NCBI GenBank assembly: GCA_012295275.1
Contig: CM022665.1
Location: 26,908,001 to 26,972,000, forward strand
Reading direction: 5' to 3'
DNA length: 64,000 bases
Source: Chrysomallon squamiferum
Lineage: Eukaryota; Animalia; Mollusca
The position numbers were made by a program, and so were the translations under genes. This document shows positions 1-14,454 of the stretch, piece after piece; position 1 is the first letter of the stretch; the number at the start of each line of letters is the position of its first letter. The notes below the pieces were generated by a model that ran no database searches, was not told where the DNA came from, and saw only the letters and a list, made by a program, of their open reading frames with translations.

Positions 1-599
1 AATTGATGTTTGAATCTAACCCCAAAAATAAAAATAACCATTATTTTTTTGGTAACTTGTCCAGAGCTACTAAATTATGACCAGAAATCTGATAACAAAC
101 TTTTTACTTAACATTTCACAATGAATAATATAATAAATAATTTCGCAACAAATAACAAATCCAGTAAATAATGGCTCAGTCTTAGTTTTTCATCCCTGGT
201 ATTACAGTAAGCTTACCAGAAACATTTTGTATCTTGGCTAGAACTGTCAAGTTATAAACTATTATGCCTGAACAAATGTCCATAGAATCAGAAATTAGTG
301 TGAATTAGGATGTTTCTGACACTGAAAAATACTTCTCTGATTTAAGAGTGTCAAAGTTTCAACTTATTGTGTAGGAAAATCTGATAAATAATTGACCCTC
401 TTTCCAAGAATAGTTAGTGTAGATTAGAAAAAAACTCAGCAAAAAAGATGGTGATTGGTTAATAACAGATATTATTGATGTATGATATTACAATGAAATG
501 TGCTGTGGTTTTAATACAAACAAAAACGCAAATGGTGAAAATAAATACTCCATAAACATTTTTTTTTAACCAATTCTTCAGAGAATAATCATACTAGTT

Positions 600-1260
600 A
601 TCTTTTTAAATTTAATAAGTACCTTAATTATTAAAAATAACTTTAATCATTGCAATCTGTAATCTATCTTATTAATCAAATTTTCTAATGCTACAGTTAT
701 TATAATCATTTTAATAAGTAACAGGTATTTATTAATCAGATCTGTTTATTCAGTTATTTATTTGTACCCATTGTTTTCTTTTTCTTTTTTGGTTTTCTCT
801 GAGATTTTTTTAGTTTGTTACCAGCAATTTAATGATTTGTTAAACCAGGTTATCTAGTTATAGCATTAATTGTAATTTGTAAGCACTGGTTAACTGATCT
901 GTCTTTTCTAGTTTATACTTGTTTATTTTAATTTGTAATTAATTGATCTATCTTATCTAGTCATATTTATTAATTTTTATTTGTAATTGCTGGATTATTG
1001 ATATATGATACCTATTTACACTGTTTATTTTAATTTGTAACAACAGGTATATTTAATTTTGTTTCCAATTTATTTTATTTTGTAATCACTGGTTTATTGA
1101 TCTTATATAACTATCCTTTTTTATTTCCTTTTGCATTCACTCATTTACTGATCTATAGTGTCTATTATTTATTTTCATTTGTAATTACCGGGTTATTGAT
1201 CTATCGTATCTATTTATATTTATTTATTTTAATTTGTAATTACTAGTTTATCAGTTTATC
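600..1260. repeat. Degenerate AT-rich minisatellite, ~50-55 bp unit, downstream of the left gene
   Basis: Recurring ATTGATCTATCTTATCTAG...TTTAATTTGTAAT core at about 941, 997, 1096, 1147 and 1195. Confidence 0.6.
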
Positions 1261-1375
1261 AAATCAGGTCATACTGATGTGTAACTACTGGTTTGTGAGA
1301 ATTTGTTACCAGTGATTCTATTCATGTTCACATTACCTACATCCTCAAATATGCTTTTTCTTGGAACTGCAGACC

Positions 1376-3106
1376 TTAGACTTTCTGTGAGGTTTGTTTT
1401 CTGCTCTGTGCACATAATGATAAACTGCTTTCCTTTTGTACAGGTTTCCACATATCCACTGATTCTGAGGACTTGACTTCCTTGCTGTCTGGCAAGATAA
1501 ACTGGACTTCACATTTTCTATTTTGATGCCTTTGGTCTTCTTCAATGCTAGCTGCATCTTTGTCCATTTCAGTATCGACTTCACGAACATTATCTTTCTC
1601 ATCAGCAACAGCAGGTTTGCCTGATGTGATATACAGCAAACATAATCACAGCATAGTTTATTTTAAGTCAAAATACATAAAAGTAAAAGTTTTTTTTTTT
1701 TTTTTCTTTTTGAGAATACAAATGAAAGATTTGTTTGGTAATGCAGATATAATAAGTAATTAATTAAAATGTTTAGTCAGATTTAAAGTCTGCCTTAAGG
1801 ATTTGCTCATTTTCAATTATTAATATCGGTCAAAAGATTTAGATTTAAGCCTATTTTTTATTATTATTATTTTTTTTTAATAAGCTTAGGATTTACATCA
1901 CTAGACTAATTAATCTTAGATAAATATTTATTTCTACGTTATTCAGAAATGCATAAACAGAATTATTTTGTGCAAAACAGAAATGGCATGCAAGGTTGAA
2001 AGTGCTATGTTTGGGGTTGGTTTTGTTTTAATTTTTTTAAATTATGATTATCTTTGTGAACACTGTGATTGTGGAGTGAAGAAAGATTATAAGAAAAAGC
2101 TTCAATGACACTGATTAACTCTGATAACAAATCATTTCACATATCTACCAAATCTATTTACCCAAAAAAATAATTAAATGTTTACTGATTCCACTAATTT
2201 CAAAATATCAGATAAAATTATAAATATAAAGTTTACTTGGAAATACAAACTGGCAATATCAGATATAAATATTCTTAAAGCTTATTGCAGAGTAAAGATT
2301 TGTAAAATAAACAGTAAACATTAATGAAACTTATAGATTTGTAAAATAAACAATAAATATTCAAAAGCTTACTGTAAAGTACAGAATAGTAAATATAAGT
2401 AGTAAATATTTATGATGTTTACTGTAATGTAAAGACTGGTAAAATAAAAATAAATATTCATGAAACTTGCGGTAAAGTACAGATTTATCAATAGGATTAA
2501 TAAATATTTATGAAATTTATTATAAAGTAAATATTCATGAAGCTTACTCTAAAGTACAGATTTGTAAATATGAATTATAAACGATCAATCATACTTAAAG
2601 TCTACTGAAAACAATATAGATATATTATTTATTTAATAAGTTTACAATACCAGAGTCTGAGACTATCACACTTTGCAGATCTTGGTCATCAGTTACATCA
2701 TTACTGATTGGCTCTTCTTCATCATGAGGTATCTCCACTGGCCGACTTAGTTTTCCAAAATGTGCAGCAACAGCCCTATCCAAGCTGATAAAAAAAAAAA
2801 AAAAAAAATAAATAAATAAATCATTAAAATTAAAAAATAAAACTCAGACTTTTATCTTTTATTAAATTTTTATCATTACTATTGTAACTGTTACTGTTGT
2901 TATTATTATTATAATTTGTTTGTTTGTTAGTTTCTTTCTGGGATAGGTTTGCTAAGTTATCAAAAAACAATAGTATTTTAAAATTAAAAATTAAGTTTTT
3001 TTTATCATATTTAAAAGAATTTTGTATTAAAGAAATAAAGAAATGTTTTCATTTTTCTTTGTAATCTAAAATATGTTATTATTATCCATTAGCAACAGAC
3101 AAATAA

Positions 3107-3137
<31 letters not shown>

Positions 3138-4386
3138 ATTATTATTATTATTATTATTAAATCTAAAATTATATAAGAAATAACCATAAAAAATCCAGAA
3201 CATCAGTGTTATACACTACAGTAATTTACAAATTTTTAATCACATTCAGTGAATACTGATAATTTTTAAAATACAGTTTTGAAAAGAAAATGCTTACACT
3301 TTCTTAATACAGGGAATAGCTTCAGTTGTTGGTGAACCTTTAACTTTCAGCTGTTGTTGTCGTCGTTCATAATCTTGTTTAAACATGACTGTTCTGAAAG
3401 CTGGTGCTGGCCGATTTTCCCGCTTGCCTGATGGTGGCCGTGGGCAAAAAGCCTAAACATCACACATTTATGAATAGCACAGTGTAAGTATATCCATGCA
3501 CGCACAATACATCATGTTCATGTATTCTTATGAGAAAAAAAAGTAGCAGACTTCGAAATACACGAAAGCCAGTATAAAGCCAGCTTCTAACTGGATTTAC
3601 ATAAAAGTCTGCCTAAACTGTTTTTATTCCTTTTTAAAAAACATTATCTTTTTTATCAGTGAAAAAGACATTTTTAAATCACTTGACTTGATAAAATTAC
3701 CTGACCATTTAATTTTCATTTGTAACTATTTAGATCAAATACACTAAGTAAAACTAATGTTAAAATTGTGAAACTATGTTAAGATTTACATATGATGTTA
3801 AATATTATGAATGAAACTATACTAAACAAAATTCACATTTAAATTATTTCATTTCTCAGTTAAAACTGCGTTTTTTCAAAGAATCTGTGTTAAGGATTAC
3901 AAATGATGTTAAACATTAAGAATGAAATTATAGTAAACAACGTAAGATTTAAATTAATTACAAAACATGTTAATTAAAATTAAAAAAAAAAAAAATGACA
4001 ATACAAAAAAAGCCCAGAAAACTGTGACATTTCAAAGAAATATGGATTCTTACATTCTTGGACTGCAAATTAATGTTGACAAGGACATCACAGTTTTCTG
4101 GTTTGTCATACAGACGACCTTTCAACTGTTCTGCAATATTACTACCATGACTTGGTCGTGATCGTTTTAATGGTGGAAGACTGTTATCATCATTTGCATT
4201 TTGTTCTTTTGTAGGATACTGGTCTACATTAAAGCGTGTTATCTTGCCAGTCACTTGGGATTGTGTGGTCTTTGGGCAGGTATCACCTTCAAGCAAACTG
4301 ATGTCACCCAAGTTTTCATTCAAGACAGATGACTCTGATAGAAGGCTAATTGACCTACTGAATGATTCTTGCTTGCTTTCTGACAT
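1376..4386 (-). CDS. Uncharacterised spliced protein, ~288 aa, largely low-complexity/disordered
   Basis: Hand-built exons 4386-4054 (MSESKQ...LQSKN, phase 0), 3452-3298 (AFCPRPPSGKRENRPAPAFRTVMFKQDYERR...KKV), 2784-2651 (LDRAVAAHFGKLSRP...SDS) and 1620-1376 (GKPAVADEK...QKV*). All introns are GT-AG, phases are compatible and the total is 867 nt. A putative non-coding exon 1 donor lies near 4966 and an acceptor at 4395-4396. Confidence 0.75.
2270..2580. repeat. Intronic minisatellite, ~50 bp unit
   Basis: Unit AAGCTTACTGTAAAGTACAGATTTGTAAAATAAACAGTAAATATTCATG recurs (e.g. 2371 and 2421 are 50 bp apart). Confidence 0.7.
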
Positions 4387-4424
4387 TCTTCTGTCTAAAT
4401 ATTTTTTGGGAAAAAAAAAAAGAT

Positions 4425-4457
<33 letters not shown>

Positions 4458-5012
4458 TATATAAATTAGTAAATATAACATTATGTATATGTCTGAATAC
4501 ATAGCTTCATGTGATATGTCGGGTTTTTGTTTTTCATTATGAATAGGGTGGACATTTCAAATGAGTGGATAGTTGCAGCTTCTTCAAATGTATTAACTAT
4601 TTTCAAAGCTTACTGAAATGTCATATATTCTGAATATATTCCCATATTTAACAATGATTTAAAAAAAAAATAAGAAGAATAATTATATAAATAAATTAAA
4701 TCTAACCGTTATATAGTAACTTGATCGTAACAACCTGTTTTTATAATTATAAGCTCAGCATTTAATAGTAAATTATATAAATTATCAACTCTTGTCTAAT
4801 TAATGTACGCAATTAGGTACAATTTGACAATACATACAAAACACTTAGTATTGCTTGAATATGTACAACGGCTATTACATTTGTTTCCGTTATTTATTTT
4901 TAGGAATAAAAAACGATTTTACTCTCTTTAACGCCGAAGTAAAGTTACGAGATAAAATGTCAGTACCTTCACGATCGCTATATTATTGGCAGGTACCCGC
5001 GTCCATAATCTA

Positions 5013-5059
5013 CCGCCATGTTCGTTCGTTTACCTTAGTAATACCCACAATGCATTGGG
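5013..5059 (-). promoter_or_regulatory. Housekeeping-type promoter with YY1 and ZNF143/STAF motifs
   Basis: CCGCCATGTT (YY1 consensus CCGCCATNTT) at 5013-5022 and TACCCACAATGCATTG (ZNF143 consensus) at 5042-5057, in a locally CpG-richer patch just upstream of the left gene. Confidence 0.65.
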
Positions 5060-5519
5060 TTAAACCAAACGTTCATTTGACAAGGCAGCTTTATTTATTT
5101 TTTTTTTTTTTTTGATAGATTATATCCAATTCCATCGTTTTCTTTATATGTTTGTATCTTCAACATTACACTGTTTCAGTGTTATCGAAATCTAATAGCA
5201 TTATACCCTCAAAAACAGCTGAAATCAATGATTTTACTGATGAAAAAAAAAAAAAAAAAAATAAAATAAAATAAAATAAAAAATATTAAAAATAAATATA
5301 AAATAAAATAAATAATAAACACAATACAGAAAAAAAGAAATAAAACAATTTTAAAGGTGGCAGTGTCACAACCATTCTTTAAAATGGTTCTCTTTAGTCC
5401 TTTCTAAATCACAATTTTTTAAAAATCTGATAAATAAATAAATAAATAAATATAGCATTACATTAATTATATGTAGGCTACAGAAGAGCAGTAAAACATA
5501 TACCCACACATACATTATA

Positions 5520-5565
<46 letters not shown>

Positions 5566-6415
5566 TTTATTTTTTATTTTTTTTTATTTTTTTCGGATGC
5601 CTTTTTCCGAGGTTATACGCTGTTAATGAGATTTAGATTAGCACGTCTTTGTTATCGATGAGATTGTCTGCATCGTTACTCGTCTTCAGTCTTCCTCACG
5701 ACATCCGTGTACTTTTTCATTAATTGTTTTATACGTGGTTTAGTATGGTGCATTTCTGTTTTATTGTTGATGACTACAAACATAGTGATTCTTAATCGGA
5801 TCTATGTACATGGAAACTGTTTGGTTAAAGGAGGCAAAGGGATGATTTGGCCGAAATGTGACACAGATAAAAATACACTTTTCTTCTTGCATTGCTCAAC
5901 ATTTCCCACATTGCTTTTCTCGAATTTGTTAGAGCAGTTTCATAAATAAATCGGTGATTTTCAAACGAATTTAATATTCTGGCCTTTAAACTTCCTTGTT
6001 TATTTCTATTCATCTGCTTTCAGAATTTCGTTGGAGTTAAATATATATTGTTAAATGTCTTACACAGCAGAAATAAGGATAGGCGTAATATTCATGGAAT
6101 TATCTCTTTGATACAAAGTGGCATATTTTCATTCTTTATTGTCGTATCACAGTAAAATTTAATATGAGTATGTGACAATGTTATTTCTATGGACTGACGG
6201 CAGGAGAAACGTTTTCGTCACTAACAGCGGCAAGAAGATAACATAACAATCCAAACTTCATTGCATCCTTGCGAGCTTGTTCTATTATTGTCTTACATTG
6301 TTATTAACAAACACTGATCACCAAAAATAATTTTAAAAGTACTTAATAATTACACTTTTATAGATATTTGTGTGTGTCACCAAAACTGTAGTTCAGAAAA
6401 AATAACAAATTCAAA

Positions 6416-6419
<4 letters not shown>

Positions 6420-6502
<83 letters not shown>
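6420..6502. repeat. (CT)n microsatellite
   Basis: Pure CT dinucleotide run. Confidence 0.95.
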
Positions 6503-6504
<2 letters not shown>

Positions 6505-6575
6505 ATGATATTGGTGTCAATAAAATGTATCCACGTCAATAAACTACAACAAAACAAAAACGTCTATTGAGATGA

Positions 6576-6900
6576 TCACTTTGTAAACCGTGAGGTTTCA
6601 AGATGCAGTTGCTTGATATAAATGTCTTTCTTCGTTCTGTCGAAATCTCGATTGCGAGCAGTCTTAACAATGAATTCCTTCTCATTTGTAAAAAATATTT
6701 TGTGAACGTCTTTTGTGGAATATTTATCATGCGTGTTGTGCACATGCTCTTTTAGGTCGGCCACTTCCCATTTTCCTCTGGCTGGATATTGTACTTTCAG
6801 TCCTTTGTATCACTCTGTTTACTGATGATGTATCCCACTTCTTTCCGAGGAATTCCTTTATGATTCATGCACAGAACCAGCTTTTCTCAATAAAACAAAT
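6576..6900 (-). mobile_element. Degenerate Tc1/mariner-superfamily transposase fragment
   Basis: Minus-strand translation IIKEFLGKKWDTSSVNRVIQRTESTISSQRKMGSGRPKRA (HTH + GSGRP), then after a deletion/frameshift KIFFTNEKEFIV (IFFTDEK first-D motif). Confidence 0.6.
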
Positions 6901-8622
6901 CTCAGTTACGTCTTTATCCCAACTCGAGAGTACGTCTTGGATGTGATGTGATGAAAACCAAGACTAAAATGGATAAAATAATTTGTTTGTGGTACATGGG
7001 TGCCAAAGCCTTTTCAAAGCTTGCGAGCTACTTTTAAAATGACCAGGTCCAAATAATCTACCTGTATTAAAAAATGCTAAATATATTTATTTATATATAT
7101 GTACTGAGTATACTTTATATATACAATATACGATATATGTTGGCACGCCTTGTATCACTGCATGAACGCTTACGGCACAATTAAACTGAATACATTTATG
7201 GTCACTACCATACTCTGATGAATTTCACTGAATGGAGACAGCCTGGGCTGCATAGTCCGGACAATAACTGGTGGAATGGTACTTGAACTTAATAATCTTC
7301 ATATGGGAAAGGGGAGGAGAGATGATGGGCTAACATCAATACAAAAAGCTTTTTTAATTTTTTAAAATACTTCTTGAATTTTTAAATGCGCGCAATCTAC
7401 CCGCTGTACGTTGGCAATCGACATACTGGGCACCCCTGTTTTAGTCCCATTACTTTTTTCTGTTTACATCCCAGCCACACGACATTCCCAGACGACACTT
7501 GATTGACAGGTTACTCTCAGCGACATGAAGCGAGGGAGTTAGAGAACTGCGGTTTTCCAAATCTAACTACAAGACATATTAACTTGACAGTTTGGCAGAT
7601 GATTGCCATTAATGTACTTTCTGAGATGTGAGGTGTTTATTTATACCTGATATCTATCTCTCTATTTTTAATCTATATCTGTCTGTCTGTCCGTCTTACG
7701 GTCTGTCTATCTATCTGTATATAGTTAGGTATAAGTAAATAAATATATCCATAGAATTATTAGTCCTTAGCTCTGGAGAAAATTAACTATATCTCTATTG
7801 ACGTACCTTCCATGTTATATAACTACTGTCCTTCATACAAAAGAATCGTTCGTGTATTTCAGTTTAGCAGCTAATTTTGTGTTTTATAATTATTTCTGAA
7901 TTGAAGAACATTATGTATTAATAATACAGTCCGTAATAGTTTTGGAGAATAATGCATTTCAGGTTAGCAGCTAATTCCATGTTTCAAATTAGCTCATTAT
8001 TGTCATTATTAAACAGTGAATAGTAATTAGCAAGATATATCCATTTATTTTCAGTTAAATATCAGAGCAATTACCTCTTTCTAAACACACACACACTCAC
8101 ACACACACACAAACACAGAAAAAAACACACACATATATACATATATAAACAGACACCTACACACGCGCACACACATGCCTACACACTCATATAAAAGAGT
8201 GTTTTCAAGTCTTTTTAAGTGTTTTGTTGTAGCTGTTCTTTTTTTTTTTTGCACTTCTGTCTACCACAATAACGTCCAGTTTCCATGCATTCTTAACAAA
8301 TTTTTATTTTATCATGTGTGTGTTTGTGTATGTGGTTAGAGTTTATGTTTACTGCAGCAGGCATGTGTGAATAATAATGTGAAAAAAGAGGAAAAAACAA
8401 AGGAGAAAAGCATTTAGAAGTCCACTGACAAACGTAACATTTGTTTTCAGTAGTTCACTCTTCTTCCACGTTAAATGTATTGGTAAAAGAGGTCATTGCT
8501 CTCTTAGAAAACTGCAAATAAGTACTGTGTTAATTACGCCTACAGATTAATTTTCATCGATCATAAGGAATAGTTTTGAAACAGGTGGAATACACCGCGA
8601 AACGAGATAGACATATAGATAT

Positions 8623-8625
<3 letters not shown>

Positions 8626-8695
<70 letters not shown>
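8626..8695. repeat. (GA)n microsatellite
   Basis: Pure GA run. Confidence 0.95.
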
Positions 8696-8698
<3 letters not shown>

Positions 8699-9685
8699 GT
8701 AGTTAAAAAGACAGATGGATAGACATATATAAACAGATAGATAGGTAAGTAGAGAGCTAGATAGACGACAGACAGTCAGACACATAGATAACTAGTCAAA
8801 CAGATCTGTATCTATAAACAGGTGCATATACAGATAGAGGCAATACGATAGGTATATATTTAAGAAGGAAAGAAAAATATGAGATGGAAGGAACAATCAT
8901 ATATATATATATATGATTGTTCCTTCCATATATTTTTCTTTCTTTCTTAAATGTGACATTCCTATCTACTTTTATTTTACGTTAATATATTATTCAGTCA
9001 GTAAAATATTTAATATATTTATCAATCATTTTATATGTAAAATAAATTTTCTTTTCTGTTCTGATTTAAAAAAAGAAAAAAGAAAAAAGGTTATTAAATC
9101 ATTACTGCCTAAGCTAATACTTTTTAACAGAGGATTTTCGAATTTGAATGTTTCCTGAAAATCTTTCGGACAGTGTCCTCACCCACTCTGGTAATAAGCT
9201 ATATGCTATACCACATCTGATAAAATCGTCTTAAGATGGTTTTCTGCGTTGCTGTAATTGCAAACATTACCATGGCAGCCGAGGGAAGCTTACGTATAAT
9301 CAATACGTTAGAAATCTAGCCATAATACTTGCATGTGACATCGTTATTTTTTCTTTATTAAGTCAATAAAGCTAAAACCCGATGCTAGTCGATAGTTCTT
9401 AATTAATATCACTTGTCCTATTTATCACAGATATAGACCAGTGGACGATTAGACGAACAAACTGAAAATTAGTAATTTTATTTGTTCAAACATGTTATGA
9501 AATCAATACAAGTAAATGGCTGTCCTTGAAGATAATTAAATGTTCAAAGAGAATATAATTATGCATATCAATGTGTTTGTGTATGTTGTATCAATGCCTG
9601 TATATATACATACACACACACCAACAACATAAAAGCAAAAACAAACAAACACAAAGTATTAGTAAAAATAAAAGATTTGTACAAA

Positions 9686-9727
<42 letters not shown>

Positions 9728-11345
9728 GTACGTATTAACAAAATACAACAGAGCAATGAATACATTCATACACAAACACGTGTGTGTGTGTTTTGGGGTT
9801 TCTCGTTATTCTTCTCATTTTTGTTTCTTTCAATCAACAAATTTTTCTTTTTTATCATTTTTCTTTCATATTTTTTGCTTATTTTTTTCTTCCTTCTGAT
9901 TCGCTCGTTTCATAACATTTTATAAAATAATGAAATAGAATAGATAGGGAAACGATTCTTGTCAGTATATCTCACCGTACGTATGTATGTATGTACACAA
10001 CAAGCATCTTGGTCCTGACTTAAATGAGTTGACATTCAGTGACTAGCTCAACTAATTTTCATTTTAGTGTAATCACACTTCCTGAACAATAATGCAAAAA
10101 AAAAAAAAAAAAAAAAATAGAGCGAAAGAAATTTCTCGAATTATCGTGCTTTTAGTATCACGAGCAGTTTGTGTGAATAAAAAAATATATTTTCTCTATT
10201 GTCTAATTATTGATCTACAATTACCTAAGTTCAGCGCTAAAAGGTTGTGTTTATATTTACATTAGCGGTACCATAAATCTAAGCAGAAATAATTTAAAAA
10301 AAAGAAAAAAAAAAAGAAAAAAAACGAATTATGAATTAAAAAAAATAAAAAGCAAAACAACGATGAAAGAAAATGATAGAAAAGAAAAATATACTGAAAA
10401 CAAAAAAAGAAGAAAAAAATAAAGGAGAAGAGGAAAAACAGAAATAAGGATAAATAAATAAAAATGGTAGTAAAATAAATGAAAGTATTAAAAACTAAAG
10501 TAATTGATAAAACTATTAAAAAACTGGAAAACAAATCAAGCAGAAATAATGAAGACAGTATATCTCAATGTTTGTAATTATTACCTGAATGAATGACTTT
10601 TCACTTAGCGACATCACAACACCTTTTAGTAGTAACAGTCATTAGATGTTCAGTGTATGTTTCTTGAATAATGATGACTTTACCCCCTACTGACTTTCCA
10701 TTATCGACAAGCAGCCAGTCATTGTGATATATATAGTACACCTCATTAGCTTTAAGCCTTTCTACTCTTAGGCAGACATTTCCTATATGAAATAATTACA
10801 TTTGGCAACTGTTATATACTGAGGATGGACAATTAAATATGCTAAGAACCAGTGAAACCTGGTATGTCTCAAATCTCCACTAAGACCAGTTTGAACCTCA
10901 GTTCTCTCTAAAAATTATTTGGGGAAAAAATGTGTGTGTGTGTATGTGTGTTATAATAATTAAGAAATCTATATATTTTAATTTATTGTTTACTCACATT
11001 AATAAAATACGAGTTGGTACGACGTGAAAGGTAAGCAGAATACAAACAATTTATTATATACAAAAACAAAACAAAAATTATAATATTTATGTAAATACTA
11101 GCAGACATACACGTACACACATCCAGACACACACACAGACACACCCACACAAGCATACATACGTTGTTTATAATTTTAGGCACGTTAATGCCGAAGAAGC
11201 AAAATAATACAAACTATTAAGCAGTATTACGTTAAAACTGCACGCACAATATAATTCCTTTCATATCCTCTGTTATTTTATTTATTATTATTATTATTAA
11301 TTTTAATCTCTCATTCAAATCAGAATATCGCAATATAGCTGTAAA

Positions 11346-11348
<3 letters not shown>

Positions 11349-11439
<91 letters not shown>
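11349..11439. repeat. (CT)n microsatellite
   Basis: Pure CT run. Confidence 0.95.
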
Positions 11440-11440
<1 letters not shown>

Positions 11441-11592
11441 AAATAACCCTACAGTCGTGTCTCTACTGCGATGTGATCCTCGTATCTAAGACATTCGATT
11501 AGTAAATTAATAAACTATCAAGATAAAAAAAGAGAGAGGTTTCTCTTACTTGGCATGGGTAAACTACAAAACCCCCAATGATTTCAATTTCA

Positions 11593-11750
11593 AAATTCTT
11601 ATGAATAATTATTTAAGTTTTACAGTCGCTGTAAAATTATACGCAGTAAAGCTAAAAAATTAGAATGGTGTAGATATGCTATTAAATTAGTTGTAATCAT
11701 TACAATAAAGTATTAACTGTTAGAAAAAGGATTATAAGCATTATTACATT
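11593..11750 (+). repeat. Dispersed ~160 bp repeat, second copy at ~18081-18240
   Basis: TTTTACAGT(C/T)GCTGTAA(A/G)ATTATACGCAGTAA...AGAATGGTGTAGATATGCTATTAAATTA...GTTAGAAAAAGGATTAT is shared by both loci in direct orientation. Confidence 0.75.
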
Positions 11751-12919
11751 TTTTAATTTTTTATTATTTTTTTATTTTTTTAAGAAATAAAATTACCTTG
11801 GTAGAAAAAAAGAAGATAAAGTAGTATTAAATCTTGAGTATTTACTTGGATTAGGATGCTTCCGACATTTTGTGATAAATAGATATTTATGAGGCTAACC
11901 TTTTAAAAATTCGATAAAACACGTGAAAACCGTCGCAGTCAGGCGCAATCCGAATGCTGGTCGATGGGCAATATACGCTGAGAGAGCGATAGAAACGCGT
12001 CCAATAAAAGATAATATGCACCAGGTAAAGCCTGTTTATTCTGTGAAAAACACTCGATACTCAAACATTTACAACAGCTACGAAGCTCTGACTCTGCAGT
12101 AACCATTTCGTTCATCGCCAGGAACTCGATACTGCATTTTTATGTGATTTTCCTTCTTTTTTTTTGAAATACACGGAATTTTTTTCTTTGTTGTTGTTGT
12201 TGTTGTTTGTTGCATAAATCAACATCGATATGGATAAGACGATAATATAAGACAGTACCGGAAAAGAGCAGAGTTCGTTGTGAGGATTCAAAAACACAGA
12301 GGAAACTGATTCTGGATTATTAAATTTGATACTTGCAGACATTTATATCAGGTGGGTTTTCTCTTCTCTTTTTTTTTTCCATTTTTTTTTTTTTTTTTAT
12401 TTTTTTATATATTTTTTTTTTTTTTTTTTTTTTTTGGTGTATGTTTGATAATCCTGAAAATTCGTACAATAAACGACTTTGTCAATAATTAGAAAGCTGG
12501 AATAAGTTCATAAAATGTAATGTTTGCCAACAATTTCGAAAATTCAAGGCACGTTCTATCTTATACCTTTACATACCAAATGTTGTCGATGAAATGAAGA
12601 AAAATTAATTTAATGAATCAGTGCGTTCTAAAATGTTTAGAACTGTATGAGGAAAAGATGTTGTTCTACGTAACTATATTCAAATGAAGATTGTACATTT
12701 CAGCGGAATAAGAAGCTGGAAACTAAGGTGCAGACATTTAGAAATTTAGACAGTATTTAGCTAGCATAACACACAAAGAAGTAATCTGAGAATACTGAAT
12801 ACTATTGCAAGATGTATTTTCAAGTGTTTTAATGCGTTAATACTATTCCCGTACTTTAAATTCTCATACCTGTTTGTGTGTTAAGTATCAAGTGAAACAG
12901 TCTTTTAAAGAGAAGGTGC

Positions 12920-13354
12920 ATGGCACTTCAGAATATTTCTTGCCTGCCCAAAGCGGAGTCAAATCAGCAGTCTTCCCAAGGAGCTAGCAGTGAAGAATTC
13001 CCAGCCAGGCTGATGTCTTCTGGCAGTGGTTGTTCTGCTACGGACGAAGGGTCGTTGTCTTCTTCGAATCATTCTCAAAGTCGCGAAAATTTCAAGAAAA
13101 GTGTGACTATCACGACAGTTAGCAAGTGTTTTGCGACTGAAGGAGACTCATCTCTTCCGTTTGATCCGGACGAAAAAAGCAGACTCATGTCAAGACGGAA
13201 TGCTCTGTGTGATCCGGAAAAAATGCCCATGCCTCAAGAGACAAGAGAGAAAATAGAACAAGATGTAGATCGAAGGAGAAAGTCTTTTCCAAGGCGAGTG
13301 TCAAATCTCCTAAGTAAACATTTGAATCTCAACATCGAAGAAGATTTAATATAA
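12920..13354 (+). CDS. 144-aa Ser-rich protein with RRNAL, RRKSF and RRVS motifs (single coding exon)
   Basis: Non-repetitive, GC-richer ORF with an upstream in-frame stop; AATAAA downstream (~13398, ~13414); plausible non-coding exon ending at a donor near 12351 and a CpG-richer promoter with E-box/CCAAT at ~11920-12005. Confidence 0.7.
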   Translation: MALQNISCLPKAESNQQSSQGASSEEFPARLMSSGSGCSATDEGSLSSSNHSQSRENFKKSVTITTVSKCFATEGDSSLPFDPDEKSRLMSRRNALCDPEKMPMPQETREKIEQDVDRRRKSFPRRVSNLLSKHLNLNIEEDLI

Positions 13355-14423
13355 TTGTTTTGGGAATTTAACTGGATTATATTCAGTTTAGATTAGCAAT
13401 AAAATTATTGATGAATAAATGTGAACGTGTGAGAGTCAGATACCTCCTTTTTCAGTCTTTTTCCCATTATATATTTACGTCTGTTTGCGACATAAAAACA
13501 AAATGCTTATTAATTTTTTTGAGTAATTCTTGCAGTTGCTATGAACCTATTTCAAAATAATCTGACATAAAATAATTCCAGAGTTTTATAATTTATTAGA
13601 ATTCTTCTTCTTCTTCTTTGATATATATATATATTGAAGAAAGAAAACATTTCAAACTGTTGTTTAATTATTGCAGTCGCTACGAAGTATAATTAAAAAT
13701 ATGATAAAATCGCAAGTTATTACAAATTCATTTAATAAAGATATTAAAAAATAAAAAATACTAAAGAAAAGACAATACAAGAACTGCATGGAATAATCTT
13801 ATCTTCTAACACATTATTTGTATTTTTAGACAAGTACTAACTATTTACAAACTTTAAAAACCTCACACAGGTTATTATGTAATATTTAAAATGTAATATT
13901 TAAAATTAAAAAGACAAAAAATACTGGATATTTTATTAGTAATAACAAAAATCATTTTCATAAATACTAATCCTCATAAATTCCTTCTTGCAGCTCCAAT
14001 TATAAATCCTTTTTATAATACTGCTGTTAATCACATATTATCTTAGAAATGCAATACCTGGCTGTAACTAAAACGTTACTAAACCTCTGCAATCGGCTTA
14101 AGATGTACCTCTGAGCTATTCCCACTCTATATGTGTGAATGTGTGTGTGTGCGTATGTGCGTTTGTGTATATCTGTTGAGTTTCTCTGTTTTTCTCTGTG
14201 TGTGTGTGTGTGTGTGTATGTACATGTATGTGTATGCATGTATTTTATTTTCATTAGAAATGTATTTTTCTAGAAACGTCTATTTTGTGTTTAAATATAT
14301 CGAATTTATAATTTAATTTGAATATAACGTGATCACACAGGAAAGTTAACGGCTGTTCCTCCTCTGTTACAGCCACACACGCACACGTATATTTTCACCT
14401 AATGAAAATGGATTCCATTAAAC

Positions 14424-14454
<31 letters not shown>

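Noticed and set aside
2595-2604. Possible 10-nt microexon in the left gene
   Set aside because: Including it would break the reading frame that is otherwise consistent.
3298-3452. Faint resemblance of AFCPRPP...FKQDYERR to the PACRG-family N-terminus
   Set aside because: Similarity does not extend into the conserved PACRG domain; gene left unnamed.
5600-6300. Coding-like GC-richer segment on the minus strand
   Set aside because: Broken by stops in all frames with no recognisable motif; probably a decayed element but unsupported.
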